Below, piece by piece: positions 1 through 14,130 of a stretch of 64,000 bases of DNA. Source of the stretch: the human T2T-CHM13v2.0 reference genome, Homo sapiens. The stretch lies in the NCBI RefSeq assembly GCF_009914755.1, contig NC_060945.1, one strand, 5' to 3'. Numbering within the stretch: the first letter of the stretch is position 1; the number at the start of each line of letters is the position of its first letter. The translations under genes and the position numbers were made by a program. The notes beneath the pieces were generated by a model. The model did not search any database and had not been told where the DNA came from. It saw nothing but the letters and a program-made list of their open reading frames with translations.

Positions 1-88
1 TTTATTCAATCTAGTTAGATAGTAAAATGTTGCCAGTCTGAGAGCTCATGTGTGTGTGCACACATGTATGTAGATGTATGTATGTATG

Positions 89-542
89 TGATATTGTTTG
101 GATCTGTGTCCCCACCCATAGCTCACGTTCAATTGTAATCCCCAGTGTTAGAAGTGGGGCCTAGTGGGAGGTGATTGGATCATGATGGTGCTCCTTCATG
201 AATGGTTTATTGTCATCTTCTGGGTGTCATTCTCATGATAGTGAGTGAGTGAATTATTGTGAGATCAGGTTGTTTAAAAGTGTCCAGCACCTCCCTTGAC
301 CCTCTTACTACTGCTCCTGCCATGTTAGGTGCCTCGCTCCCCATTTGCCTTCTGCCATGAGTAAAAGCTCCCTGAGGCCTCCCCAGAAGCAGATGCCAGC
401 ATCATGCTTCCTGTACAGCCTGTGGAACCATGAGCCAATTAAACCTCTTTTCTTTATAAATTGGGCCAATTAAACCTTTTTTCTTTATAAATTACCCAGT
501 CTTAGGCATTTCTTCATAGCAATGTGAGAACTGGCTAACACA
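89..542 (+). mobile_element. MaLR solo LTR (MSTA/MSTB-like)
   Basis: Starts TGATATTGTTTGGATCTGTGTCCCCACC and ends ...TAGCAATGTGAGAACTGGCTAACACA, typical MST termini; internal 31-bp tandem duplication at 434-493. Confidence 0.85.
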
Positions 543-544
543 GA

Positions 545-545
<1 letters not shown>

Positions 546-582
<37 letters not shown>
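546..582. repeat. (TG)n microsatellite
   Basis: About 18 perfect TG units. Confidence 0.97.
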
Positions 583-584
<2 letters not shown>

Positions 585-600
585 TGTGTACTTGCTTTCT

Positions 601-891
<291 letters not shown>

Positions 892-1250
892 GGTGTGTAC
901 TTGCTTTCTAAAAAACATTTTACTTTTTTACTGAGGTAAAATTTGTGTAAAAAAAATTATCATTTTTTAAGGGCAGGGGAAGGACCTTAAAAAAATAAAT
1001 AAAATAAATAAAAATTACCATTTTAAAGTGAAGAATTCAGTGGAATTTAGTACTATAAATCAAAAGTAAAATTCTAAGCGCCTCCAACCATCTGAATGGA
1101 CCCTCCTCTAGGCCAAGGACATTCCAAAGTTAAACTGAAAAGCTAGTTCAAGGCATGATGGGAAGGAGGAGTTGGACATGCCTCATTACCATTAACATCA
1201 ACACAGACCTTAAGGCTGATAGACCAGACTTATTTAAAATGTATAATCCA

Positions 1251-4200
1251 GGGATCATGGCAGATGGAAGCCAGGACTAGATTGCAGCACCCACTCAGAC
1301 AGACAGAGCAGCATGTGGAGGCTTGCATCACGAACTTTTGCTCCAGAATGACTGCAGGAATACATTAGGAAAGCCAAGAGAACCAGCAGACCCTCTGAAG
1401 GAAGTGGATTGCTCCTGCAGGACTTAGGAGATACCCCAAATACTATGAGTGCCCAAACTGTGGAAGCGAGAAAGGAAGATCATGCACCCCAGAACACATA
1501 CCCCTGCACAAGAGAACCTGAAGGCTTAGATTATGGGAGAAGATTCTGACCTTACCTGGAGCTGAGTCAATTTAGAGAGCCGAGTGAAATACAGGGGTAG
1601 AGGAAGCAGCAGGAAAAGTCCTGTGGGCTTGTTGGGTTCCCTAGCAAGCCATTTCTGCCCTGCCTCACAGGGGCCCTTGGGAAGAGTGGCCAGAGGCACT
1701 GGGAAAAGGCCACAGGGAGAAGAAAATCTCCAGCTGAAATTTGCTAACAATATGAACTGATTGAGAAGCCCCCTGGCCAGAACTCAGGGGAGGACATGAA
1801 TCCAGTGTGCGGACTCCACAGGCAGGTGAAGAATAAAAGCCCTAATTGCTTTCACAGCTGGAAAGTGGGTAGCCTGGGGCAAGTTCTCAGTCCTGTTCAC
1901 CCACTGCCTGGAAACACACTTGGTGCTGTTACTGGGGGCACGGTGGGAGTGAGACTGGCCCTTTGGGTTGTGTGGGAGCTGGGTGAGGCCTATGACTGCT
2001 GGCTTTTCCCCACTTCCCTGACAAGTTGCATGACCCAGTAGAGGCAGCCATTATCCTCCTAGGAACATAACTGTTGATCTGGGAATCTCAACCTCATCCC
2101 CCACAGCAGCTGCAGCAAGACCGCTCAAGGAGAGTCTGAGGTCAGACACGCCTGCCACTGCCTCTACCTGATGGTCCTTCCCTACCTACCCTGGTAACTG
2201 AAGACAAAGGGCATATACTCTTGGGAGTTCAAGGGGGTGGTGGTGCCCCCCACCACCTGTTCCTCCCCATTCTACTACCGCTGATGCTCTTGAAATCACC
2301 ACCTTCCGCAGGAGGACAACCAACCCAAAAATAGTGCATTAAGCAACCAAAGCCAAGGACCCTCACAGAGCCCATTTTACTCCCCCACCACCTCCACCAG
2401 AGCAGATGCTGGTATCAATGGCAGAAAGACTCACAGATGGTTCACATCAGAGGATTCTGTGCAGACAACCTCCAGTACCAGCCCAGAGCCTGGTAGACTT
2501 GCTGGGTTGCTAGATCCAGAAGAGAGATAACAATCTTTACAGCTTGGCTCTCAGGAAGCCACATCCCTAGGAAAAGGGGGAGAGTACTACATCAAGGGAA
2601 CACTCCATGGGACAAAACAATTTGAACAACAGCCTTTGGCCTTAGACCTCTGTGACAAATGAGAAGAAACCAGAAAACCAACTCTGGCAATATGACAAAA
2701 CAATGTTCTTCACCACCCAAGAAAAAATCACACTAGCCCACCAGCAATGGATTCCAACCAAGAAGAAGTCCCTGATTTACCTGAAAAAGAATTCAGGAGG
2801 TTAGTTGTTAAGCTAATCAGGGAGGCAACAGAGAAAGGTGAAGCCCAATCTAAGGAAATAAAAAAAAAAGATACAAGAAGTGATGGGAGAAATACTCAAT
2901 GAAATAGATAGCATAAATAAAAAATCAAAATTTCAGGAAACAATAGACACACTTATAGAAATGCTAAATGTTCTGGAAAGTCTCAGCAATAGAATTCAAC
3001 AAGCAGAAGAAAGAACTTCAGAGCTTGAAGACAAGTTCTTTGAATTAACCAAATCCAACAAAGACAAAGAAGAAAGAATAAGAAAAATTGAACAAAGCCT
3101 CCATGAGGTCTGGGTTCACGTTAAACTACCAACCCTAAGAATAATTGGCATTCCTGAGGAAGAAGAGGAACCTAGAAGTTTGGAAAACATATTTGGGAGA
3201 AAAATTGAGGAAAACTTCCCTAGCCTTGCTAGAGACCTAGGCATCCAAATACAAGAAGCACAAAGAACACCTGGGAAATTCATTGCACAAAGATCATCAC
3301 CTAGACACATTGTCATCAGATTACCTAAAGTTAAGATGAAGGAAAGAATCTTAAGAACTGTGAGTCAAAAGCGCCAGGAAACCTATAAAGGAAAACCTAT
3401 CAGATTAACAGCAGATTTCTCAGCAGAAATCCTACAAGCTAGAAGACATTGGGGACCTATCTTCAGCCTCCTCAAACAAAACAATTATCAGCCAAGAATT
3501 TGTATCCAGTGAAACTAATCTTCATAAATGAAGGAAAAATGGTATTTTTTAGACAAACAAATGCTGAAAGAATTCGCCACTACCAAGCCAGCACTACAAG
3601 AACAGCTAAAAGGAGCTCTAAATCTTGAAACAAATCCTGGAAACACATGAAAACAGAACCCCTTTAGAGCATAAATCTCATAGGACCTATAAAACAAAAA
3701 GGCAATATAAAAAAAAAACCCTCAAAAAACAAAAAAACCAAGGTATACAGGGAACAAATAGTATGATGAATGAAATGGTAACTCCCATCTCAATACTAAT
3801 GTTGAATGTAAATGGCCTAAATGCTCCCCTTAAAAGATACAGAATTGCAGAATGGATAAGAACTCACCAACCATCTGCTGCCTTCAAGAGACTCACCTAA
3901 CACATAAGGACTCACATAAACTTAAAGGGATGGAAAAAGACATTCCATGCAAATGGACACCAAAAGTGAGCAAGAGTAGCTATTCCTATATCAGACAGAA
4001 CAAACTTTAAAGCAACAGCAGTTAAAAAAGACAAAGAGGGACATTATATAAATGATAAAATGTCTTGTTCAACAGGAAAATATTACAATCCTAAATATAT
4101 ATGCACCTAACACTGGAAGTCCCTAATTTATAAAACAATTACTAATAGACTTAAGAAATGAGATAGCAACACAATAATAGTTGGGGACTTCAGTACTCCA

Positions 4201-4863
4201 CTGACAGCACTAGACAGGTCATCAAGACAGAAATTCAACAAAGAAACAATCAGTGTAAACTATACCCTGGAACAAATGGATTTGACAGATTTATACAGAA
4301 CATTCTACCCAACAACCACAGAATATACATTTTATTCAACAGCACATGGAACTTTCTCCAAGATAGACCATATAATAGGCCATAAAATGAGTCTCAATAA
4401 ATTTAAGAAAAACACTCTCTCAGACCATAGTGGAATAAAACTAGAAATCAACTCCAAAAGGAACCACCTTCAAAACCATGCAAATACATGGAAATTAAAT
4501 AACCTGTACCTGAATGATCATTGGGTCAAAAATGAAATCTAGATGGACATTAGAAAATTCTTCGAGCTGAATGGCAAGAGTGACGCAAATTATCAAAACC
4601 CCTGGGATACAGCAAAGTGGTGCTAAGAGGAAACTTCATAGCCATAAATGCCTCCATCAAGAAGTCCGAAAGAATACAATCTAAGGTCACACCTCAAGGA
4701 ACTAAAGAAACAAGAACAAACCAAACCCAAACCTAGCAGAAGAAAGGAAATAACCAAGATCAGAACAGAACTAAATGAAATTGAAACAATCAATACAAAA
4801 TATAAATAAAACAAAAAGCTGGTTCTTTGAAAAGATAAATAAAATTGATAGACCATTAGCAAG
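1251..4863 (+). mobile_element. L1PB-like element: 5' UTR, disrupted ORF1 and ORF2 endonuclease region, 3' truncated
   Basis: ORF1-like ORF 2880-3512 (IIGIPEEEE...SPRHIVIR...KGKPIRLTADFS); EN motifs LNVNGLN (3625-3900) and FSKIDH...SDH (4276-4542). Confidence 0.9.
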
Positions 4864-4874
4864 CAAAGACTCTA

Positions 4875-5284
4875 TTTTTATGTCCAACTTTTATTTTAAG
4901 TTCAGGGGTACATGTGCAGGATGTGCAAATTTGTTACATAGTTAAATATGTGCCATGGTGATTAGCTGCACAGATCATCCCATCACCTAGGTATTAGCCT
5001 AGTGTTCCATTATTGGAACACTAAGCATGTGGGAGTTATTTATATCCTACTGCTCAAGGTCATTGCCAAGGTCTGATTGATTGCAAAAATTCAAAAAATT
5101 TCAACCTCAGGCATAAATGGGTTAAGCCCAGTACCCTTTACCTATTCTTCCTGATGCTCTCCCTCCCCCCCCTTCCCCCAACCCTCCAACAGGCCCCCGT
5201 GTGTGTTGTTTCCCCCATGTGTCCATGCGTTCTCATCATTCAGCTCCCACTTATAAGTGAGAATATGCAGTATTTGATTTTCTG
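4875..5284 (-). mobile_element. L1 3' UTR end fragment, inverted relative to the neighbouring L1
   Basis: TTTTATTTTAAGTTCAGGGGTACATGTGCAGG...CAGCTCCCACTTATAAGTGAGAA is the reverse complement of an L1PA-type 3' end. Confidence 0.85.
4997..5121 (+). mobile_element. MER85 piggyBac MITE (PGBD3 family), left TIR partly deleted
   Basis: GCCTAGTGTTCCATTATTGGAAC...CTCAGGCATAAATGGG followed by TTAA (5122-5125); internal palindrome GTTCCATTATTGGAAC at 5004-5019. Confidence 0.9.
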
Positions 5285-5842
5285 TAGAACAGACTCTTCA
5301 AGTTGGGTAAGAAACAATCTATTCTCCCTGGAGCCTGCTACTTGAAGGTTTCACCTGCATAATGAAACCTTGGTCTCCACAACCTCTTATCATAATCCAG
5401 AAATTCCTTTCAATTGATTCCAGGTCTTTAGATAATAACCAATTGCCAATCAGAAAATCTTTGAATCTGGCTATGACCTGGAATCCCTCCCAACCGGCAA
5501 CTGCCACTTCCAGTTGTACCGCCTTTTCAAATAGAGTCTTTGTACATCTTACATGTATTGATTGATGTCTTACATTTCCCTAAAACGTATAAAACCAAGT
5601 TGTAGCCCAACCACCTTGGGCACATGTCATCAGGATCTCCTGAGGCTGTCCTTAGGACGGGCATGTCATGGGCATGTCCTTAATCTTGTCCTGAGGCATG
5701 TCATGGGCATGTCCTTAACCTTGGCAAAATAAACTTCTAAATTGATTGAGACTGTTTCAGATACTTTTTAGTTTACAGTACATTCCAAATTGCTGTGCAA
5801 CTGCCACGTGTATTCAGTGCTAAAATATTTTCATCTTTAATT

Positions 5843-6005
5843 GGCTGTGGTAGCACATGCCTGTAGTTCTAGCTACTCAGGAGGATGAGGCAGCAGGATC
5901 ACTTGAGCCCAGGATTTAGAGGCTGCAGTGAGCTATGATTGCACCACTGCACTCCAGCCCGGGTGACAGAGTGAGACCCCATCTCTAAAAACAAAACCCA
6001 AAAAA
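5843..6005 (+). mobile_element. Alu monomer (FRAM/FAM-like)
   Basis: Single right-arm-like unit with A-rich tail. Confidence 0.8.
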
Positions 6006-6019
6006 CGCCACCACACACA

Positions 6020-8762
6020 TTATTCTCATCCCCAAAGAAAAACCCATATCTTCCCTTCAGCTCCTAGAAGCCACTCATATATGTTCTGTCTTTATGGACT
6101 TATCTATTCTGATATTTTCTATAAATGGAGTCACATAATATATGACCTATTATGTCTGGTTTCCTTCACTTTGAATAGTTTCAAGGTTTACCTTCATTGC
6201 AGCATGTATCAGAACTGCATTCCTTTTTATGGCTGAATAATATATCCCATATTTGTTTATCTGTTCATTTGTTGATGGACATTTGAGCTGTTTCCCATAT
6301 CATCTTAACTATTTTTAAGTGTATGCTACAGTAGTGTTAACTATATGCATATTGTTGTACAGCAGATCTCTAGAACCTTTTCATCTTGCAAAACTGAAAG
6401 TCTATACCCCATTGAGGAATGACTACTTATTTCCCCTTCCCTCCAGCCTCTAGTGACCACATTAACTTTCTGTTTCTATGAGTCTGACTACTTTAGATAC
6501 CTTATATACATGGAATCATGCAGTATTTGTCTTTTTTTGTGACTGGCTTATTTCACTTAGCATAATGTCCTCAAGGTTCATGCACTTCTAGTATATGACA
6601 GGATTTCCTTCTTTTTAAAAACTGAATAATACTCCATTGTATGTATATACCACATTTTCTTTATCTAGTTAACTGTCAATGGATATTTAGGTTGTTTGCT
6701 CCCACCTCTTGGCTATCGTGAATATTATTGCAATTAATATGAGTGTGCATAATCTCTTCCAGATCCTGTTTTCAATTGTTTTGGGTAAATACCCAGGAGT
6801 AGGATTGCTGAATCACATAATAATTCTACTGTTAATGTTTTGAGAAATCTCCATACTGTTTTCTTTAGCAGCTGCACCATTTTACATTCCCACCATCAGT
6901 GCACAGGGTTTCCAATTTCTCCACACTCTCACCAGCATTTGTTATTTTCTAATTTTTGGATAATGGCCATTCTAATAGTTAGGAGGTGATATCTCACTGT
7001 GGTTTTTGATTTGCATTTCTCCAATGATTAGTGACATTGAGCATCTTTTCATTTGCTTGTTGGTCCTTTGTATATCTTCTTTAGAGAAATGTCTATTCAA
7101 GTCCTTTGCTCACTTTTAAATCACGTTTTTGTGTTTTTTTGATGTTGAGTTGTAGGAGTTCTTATATATTCTAGATATTAACCCCTTATCAGATATATCA
7201 TTTGCAAATATTTTCTCCCATTCTTTTTTTTTTTCTTTTTCTCCCATTCTTCAGGATGCCTTTTTACTTTACTAGTTGTTTCCTTTGCTGCACAGGAGTT
7301 TTTAAATTTGATATAGTCCCATTTGTCTATTTTTCCTTTTATCACTTGGGGTTATCAGGTCATATCCAAGAAATCATTGCCAAATACATGATCACAAAGC
7401 TTCTGCCTTATGTTTTCTTATAGTTAGTCGTTTTATAGTTTCAGATCTTATGGTTAGGTGGTTAATCCATTTCGAATTGATTTTTATATATGTTATAGGG
7501 TATCCAACATTTTTCTTTTGCAATTGGATGTCTGGGTTTCCCACCAGCATTTGTTGAAGATACTACACTTCCCCCATTGTGTAGTCTTGGTGCCCTTGTC
7601 GAAGATCATTTGACCATACATGTGAGGGTTTATTTCTGGGCTCTCTATTCTGTTCCATTAATATATATGCTTGTCTTTATGCCAGAATTATACTGTTTTG
7701 ATTAATGTGACTTTGTAATATATTTTGAAATTATAAAGTGTGAGGCCTTTAGCTTTGTTTGTTTGTTTCAGGATTGTTTTGGCTACTCAGAGTTCTTTGA
7801 GATTCCATATAAATTTTAGAATTTTTGTTCTATTTCTTAAAAAAATACCATTGGGATTTTGATAGGAACTGCATTGAATCCGTAGATAGCTTTAGGTAGT
7901 ATAGACATTTTGACAATATTGTCTTCCAGTCCATGAACAGAAGATGCTTTTTTATTTGTGTCCTTTTAATTCTTTTCAGGAATATTTTGTAGTTTTCAGT
8001 GTACACGTCTTTTGTCTCCTTGGTCAAGTTTATTCCTTAGTACTTTTTTTTTTTTTTTGATGCTATTGTATACTCAGTCTTAGCCAAAAGGCCAAAAGGC
8101 CAAATCATCCTATTGTAAATAGGATGATTTTCTAAATTTCCTTTTCATATTGTTTATTGTTATTATATAGACATATAGCTGATTTTTTGTGTTAATTTTG
8201 TGTTCTGTAGCTTTTCCAAATTCGTTTATTATTTCTAACAGTTATTTTTAATCTTTAGTGTTTTCTACATATGGAATCATATCATCTTCAGAAAGAGATC
8301 ATTCTATTCTTCCTTTCCAATTTGAATGCCTTTTATTTCTTTTTCTTCCTTATTCTGGCTGGGACTTGTAGGATTATGTTGAATAGAAGTGATAGTGGTC
8401 ATCCTTACCTTGCTCCAGATCTTATCAAAAAAACTTTCAGCTTTTCACCATTCAGTATGATGTTAGCTGGGAGCTTTTTATATATGGCTTTTATAAAGTT
8501 CAGGTAATTTTCTTATATTCCTAGTTTATTAAGTGTTTTTATCATGGTTTTGAATTTTGTTGAAGGTTTTTTGTGCATCAATTAAGATGATCATGTGATT
8601 TTTTTTCATTTATTCTGATAATGTAGTGGTCACATTGATTGATTTTAATATGTTGAACTACCCTTGCATCCTAGAAATAAATCCCACTTGGCCGTGGTAT
8701 GTGATTCTTTCAATGTGCTGTGCTGTTAAACTTGGTTTATTAGTATTCTGTTGAGGATTTCA
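6020..8762 (-). mobile_element. Old L1 fragments (L1MB/L1MA-like 3' UTR and ORF2)
   Basis: T-rich antisense L1 3' UTR and ORF2 motifs; ORF 7830-8027 (-) has ENYK... Confidence 0.85.
8071..8106 (-). pseudogene. U2 snRNA 5'-end tailless retrofragment
   Basis: TCTTAGCCAAAAGGCC is the reverse complement of U2 5' GGCCTTTTGGCTAAGA; flanked by ATGCTATTGTA (8060-8070) and ATCCTATTGTA (8107-8117). Confidence 0.75.
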
Positions 8763-9274
8763 TTTGTGTTTTTGAGACCCAACACAGAAGGAGAGATGAC
8801 AGGAACAGGATGAGAACTGGTTGGAGGAAGGATGGAGATTCTAGTCCTTGGGCGGCAGTTGGAGATGGCAGGTTTAGAAGAAGGAGCTGGAGAATTAGGA
8901 AAATAGCCAGTCAGAAACGATTGACAGTCAGGAAAAAGCTGCCAACTGGATCAAAACATTTGGTACAAAAACAAATCATACTAAGTCCAGGGGTGGTTTA
9001 GTAGTCAAAGAATCTTAAAGAGTCAGCAACTGTGGAGTTACTTTGTCACCAGGCCCTGTTGTAGCAGTCTGAGTTAATTCTGACATGTATCTGCAGGGAG
9101 GCTATGATTAAGTAACCTCCTTTCTCTGACTATGAAATGGGGTTAAGCAAGAGCTTGCAGTGGGAGATAATCATCAGAGACTTCAGATGCAGACAGCAGG
9201 AGATCCAGGGGCTGGGAAAGCCAGGCAGAGGTTCAGCACTCACTCTCAAAACCTCATAACTTTTCTCATTACTC

Positions 9275-9415
9275 ACCTCACCCTCTTCTTCCTTCTACCA
9301 CCCTCCACCTTTATCTTCCTTCCTTCTCCCTTCTCCTCCTCCTCTTCCTTCTCTCTTTCTTCCCCTCCCCCTCTTTCTCTTTCATCCTTTTTCTTCCTTC
9401 TTGCTGCTATTTTTC
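9275..9415. repeat. CT-rich low-complexity (polypyrimidine) tract
   Basis: Almost pure C/T on the + strand. Confidence 0.9.
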
Positions 9416-9584
9416 TTAAATCTTCATGGACACTGTGTACAGAAAATAGATAGGGAGGAACTAACATCATTTGTCTTTGCTACACTCTTGTTATCTTTAT
9501 ACTCTCAGTTCCCTGCAGATTCACATCCCCTCCCCAATATAGATCAATTGAGCTGAGAGGCTGCAACCAGACCGAAGTTTGTTG

Positions 9585-10040
9585 ATTTTTAAAAATAATT
9601 TATATTGTATATATTAAAGGTAGACAACATGATGTTATAATATACATACAGATGGCAAAATGGTTAATATAGTAAAGCAAATCAACATATTCATTATCTC
9701 ACTTAGTAACCTGCTTTTTAAAATGTGTTTTGTTTTTCTTGAGCAAAAGCAGCTAAAATCTATTAATTTAGCAAAAATGGTGAATACAATACAATATTAT
9801 TAACTATTGTCCTCATATTTTATATTAGATCTCTAGGCTTGTTTATCCTCTATATCTGCCACTTTGTATCCTTTGACCTACATCTCCCCGTTTTCTCCTT
9901 TCTCAACTTTCAACCTCCACTTTCTATCCCTAGTAACCATTGTTTTATTCTCTATCGTATGTATTTGCCTTTTTTTTTAATTTCACAAAATAAATGAGAT
10001 CATGCAATATTTGTCTTTCTGTGTCTGGCTTATTTTTTTT
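9585..10040 (-). mobile_element. L1MA-like 3' end
   Basis: Antisense L1MA 3' UTR (ATTAACTATTGTCCTCAT...GAGATCATGCAATATTTGTCTTTCTGTGTCTGGCTTATTT). Confidence 0.75.
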
Positions 10041-10049
10041 CTTTTCCAG

Positions 10050-11069
10050 CTTTGACTTTAGGCTGCACACAGCATGGAGACCTTGGGCCCGGCTATGAAA
10101 CCACTTTTTCCTCCTAGGCCTCTGGGCCTGTGATGGGGGGGTTTGACATGAAGACCTCTTGAATGCCCTGGAAAAATTTTCCACATTGTCTTGGGGTTAA
10201 CATTTGGCTTCTCATTTCTTATGCAACTGTTTGAATTTCTCCTCAGAAAATGGGATTTTCTTTTCTATTGCATTGTCAGTCAACAAATTTTTTGAACTTC
10301 TATGCTTTGCTTCCCTTATAAAACTGATTGCCTTTAACAGCACCCAAGTCACCTCTTGAATGCTTTTCTGCTTAGAAATTTCTTCCGCAAGATACCCGAA
10401 ATCATCTCACTCCAGTTGAAAGTTCCACAAATCTCTAGGGCAGGGGCAAAATATCACCATTGTCTTTGGTAAAACATAACAAGAGTCACCTTTGCTCTGG
10501 TTCCCAACAAGCTCTTCATCTCCATCTGAGACCTCCTCAGCCTGGACTTTATTGTCCATATCGCTATCAGCATTTTGGGCAAAGCCATTCAACAAGTCTC
10601 TAGGAAGTTCCAAACTTTCCCATATTTTCCTGTCTTCTTCTGAACCCTCCAAACTCTTCCAACTTCTGCTTGTTACCCAGTTCCAAAGTCGCTTCCACAT
10701 TTTCAGGTATCTTTTCAGCTACACCCCACTGTGGTACCAATTTACTGTATTAGTCCGTTTCCGTGGTGCTGATAAAGACATACCTTAGCCTGGGTAATCT
10801 ATATAGGAAAAGGGGTTTAATGGACTTACATTTCCACATGGCTGGGGAGGCCTCACAATCATGGTGGAGGGCAAGGAGGAGCAAATCATATCTTATGTGG
10901 ATGGCAGCAGGCAAAGGGAGAGCTGGTTCAGGGAAACTCTCATTTTTAAAACCATCAGATCTTGTGAGACTCATTCACTATCACTATAATTCAATCACCT
11001 CCACAGGGTTCCTCCAATGACACGTGGAAATTGTGGAAGTTACATATCCCATATAGCCAAATCATATCA
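10050..11069 (-). mobile_element. THE1 5' LTR (10746-11069) plus about 700 bp of THE1 internal region
   Basis: LTR ends TGTATTAGTCC.../...CATATCA; MaLR-int ORF MWKRLWNWVT...LELPRDLLNGF (10407-10700, -). Confidence 0.9.
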
Positions 11070-11299
11070 GGCAGGATATGTTAACTGAACATTTACTCAT
11101 GCTTTTGTACTTTCTTATATTCACTTTTTTGTTGTTGATAAAGTTTCCTTATATAAATATTCATCTTTCTTTGCCTTTGCCAGGGGAAGAGGAAAAAAGA
11201 AGGTTTTGGTTCATGTCTAGGCCTGGAGAGGGGAGCCATTTAGCACAAAAATTTAGTTAGCACTTAGCCTTAAGAGTAGCCTAGGAGAGAGGTGAGAAT

Positions 11300-12880
<1,581 letters not shown>

Positions 12881-13866
12881 GCATTCCCCTATGAGCTTCC
12901 TAGGGCTACCATAACAAAATACCACAAAACTGGGTGGCTTAAAGCAACAAAAATTTATTCTTTCATGGTTCTAGAGGTTGGAAGTCTGAAATCCAGGTGT
13001 TAGTAGGATTGGTTCATTCTGGAGGATGTGAGAAAGAATTTGCTCTATGCCTGTCTTTTAGCTTCTGGTAGCTTCTGGCAATCCTTGGCGTTCATGACTT
13101 ATAGACACATCACTTCAATCTCTGCCTCCAACTTCACATGGCCATCTCCATTTATGTGTGTCTTCAGGGAGTGTCTTCAACTCCCTTTCCCCTTATGAGG
13201 ACATCAATCATAAGATTTAGGGCCTATTGAAGTTTATAGCATTGAATGCCTACACAAAACACACACAAAAATAGACAGATCACAAATTAACAACCTAATG
13301 TCACATCTCAAGCAACTAGAAAAACAAGAACAAACCAAACCCAAAGCTAGCAGAAGAAAAGAAATAACAACGATCAGAGGAGAACTAAATGAAATTGAGA
13401 CCAAAAACAAAACCCAGTGGATCAATGAAACAAAAAGTTTGTTCTTTGAAAAGATGAAATTGATAACCACTAGCTAGACTAAGAAAAAAAGAAGAGGGCA
13501 GATCCAAATAAACACAATCAGAAATAAAAAAGAAGATATTACCGCTGAGACCACAGAAATACAAAAGATCATCAGAGATTTATAAACAACTGTATGCTCA
13601 CAAACTAGAAAACCTAAAGAAATTGGATAAATTCCTGGAACATACAACCTTCTAGGATTGAACTGGGAAGAAATAGAAATTATGAACAGACCAATAATGA
13701 GTAGTGAGATCAGTAATGAAAAACCCTCCCAGCAACAATAAAAAAAGACCAGGACTGAATGGATTCACAGGCGAATTCTACCAAATGTACAAAGAAGAAC
13801 TGGTACCCATCCTCCAGAAACTGTTCTAAAAAATCAAGGAGGAGGAAGTTATCTCTAACTCATTCT

Positions 13867-14130
13867 TTTTAATTTTTTTTTTCTTTTCCTTGAGATAGAA
13901 TCTCACTCTCCTCCTGGGTTCAAGCAATTCTCATGCCTCTGCCGCCCAAATAGCTGGGATTACAGGTATGTGCCACCATGCCCGGCTAATTTTTGCATTT
14001 TTTTTCTTTGGAAGAGACAGGGTTTCGCCATGTTGTCCAAGCTAGTCTTGAACTCCTGGCCTCAAGTGATCCCCCTGCCTCGGCCTCCCAAAGTTCTGGG
14101 ATTATTTAAGTGAGCTACCATGCCTGGCCC
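13867..14130 (-). mobile_element. Alu with internal deletion
   Basis: TSD CTAACTCATTCT on both sides; part of the right arm missing after CTCACTCT. Confidence 0.88.

Larger units (their letters stand above)
1054..5777 (+). mobile_element. MER4-family ERV1 solo LTR (1054-~1235 and ~5285-5777) split by L1
   Basis: MER4-type start (T)ATAAATCAAAAGTAAAATTCTAAG, AATAAA and ...TTTACA end, 4-bp TSD GTAC at 1050-1053 and 5778-5781; sits inside an old L1MB-like 3' UTR. Confidence 0.85.

Noticed and set aside
11078-11260. ORF with SLPLPG, similar to SLPKLPG near the start of bornavirus N
   Set aside because: About 50 codons too far from the next motif and low complexity; not counted as evidence
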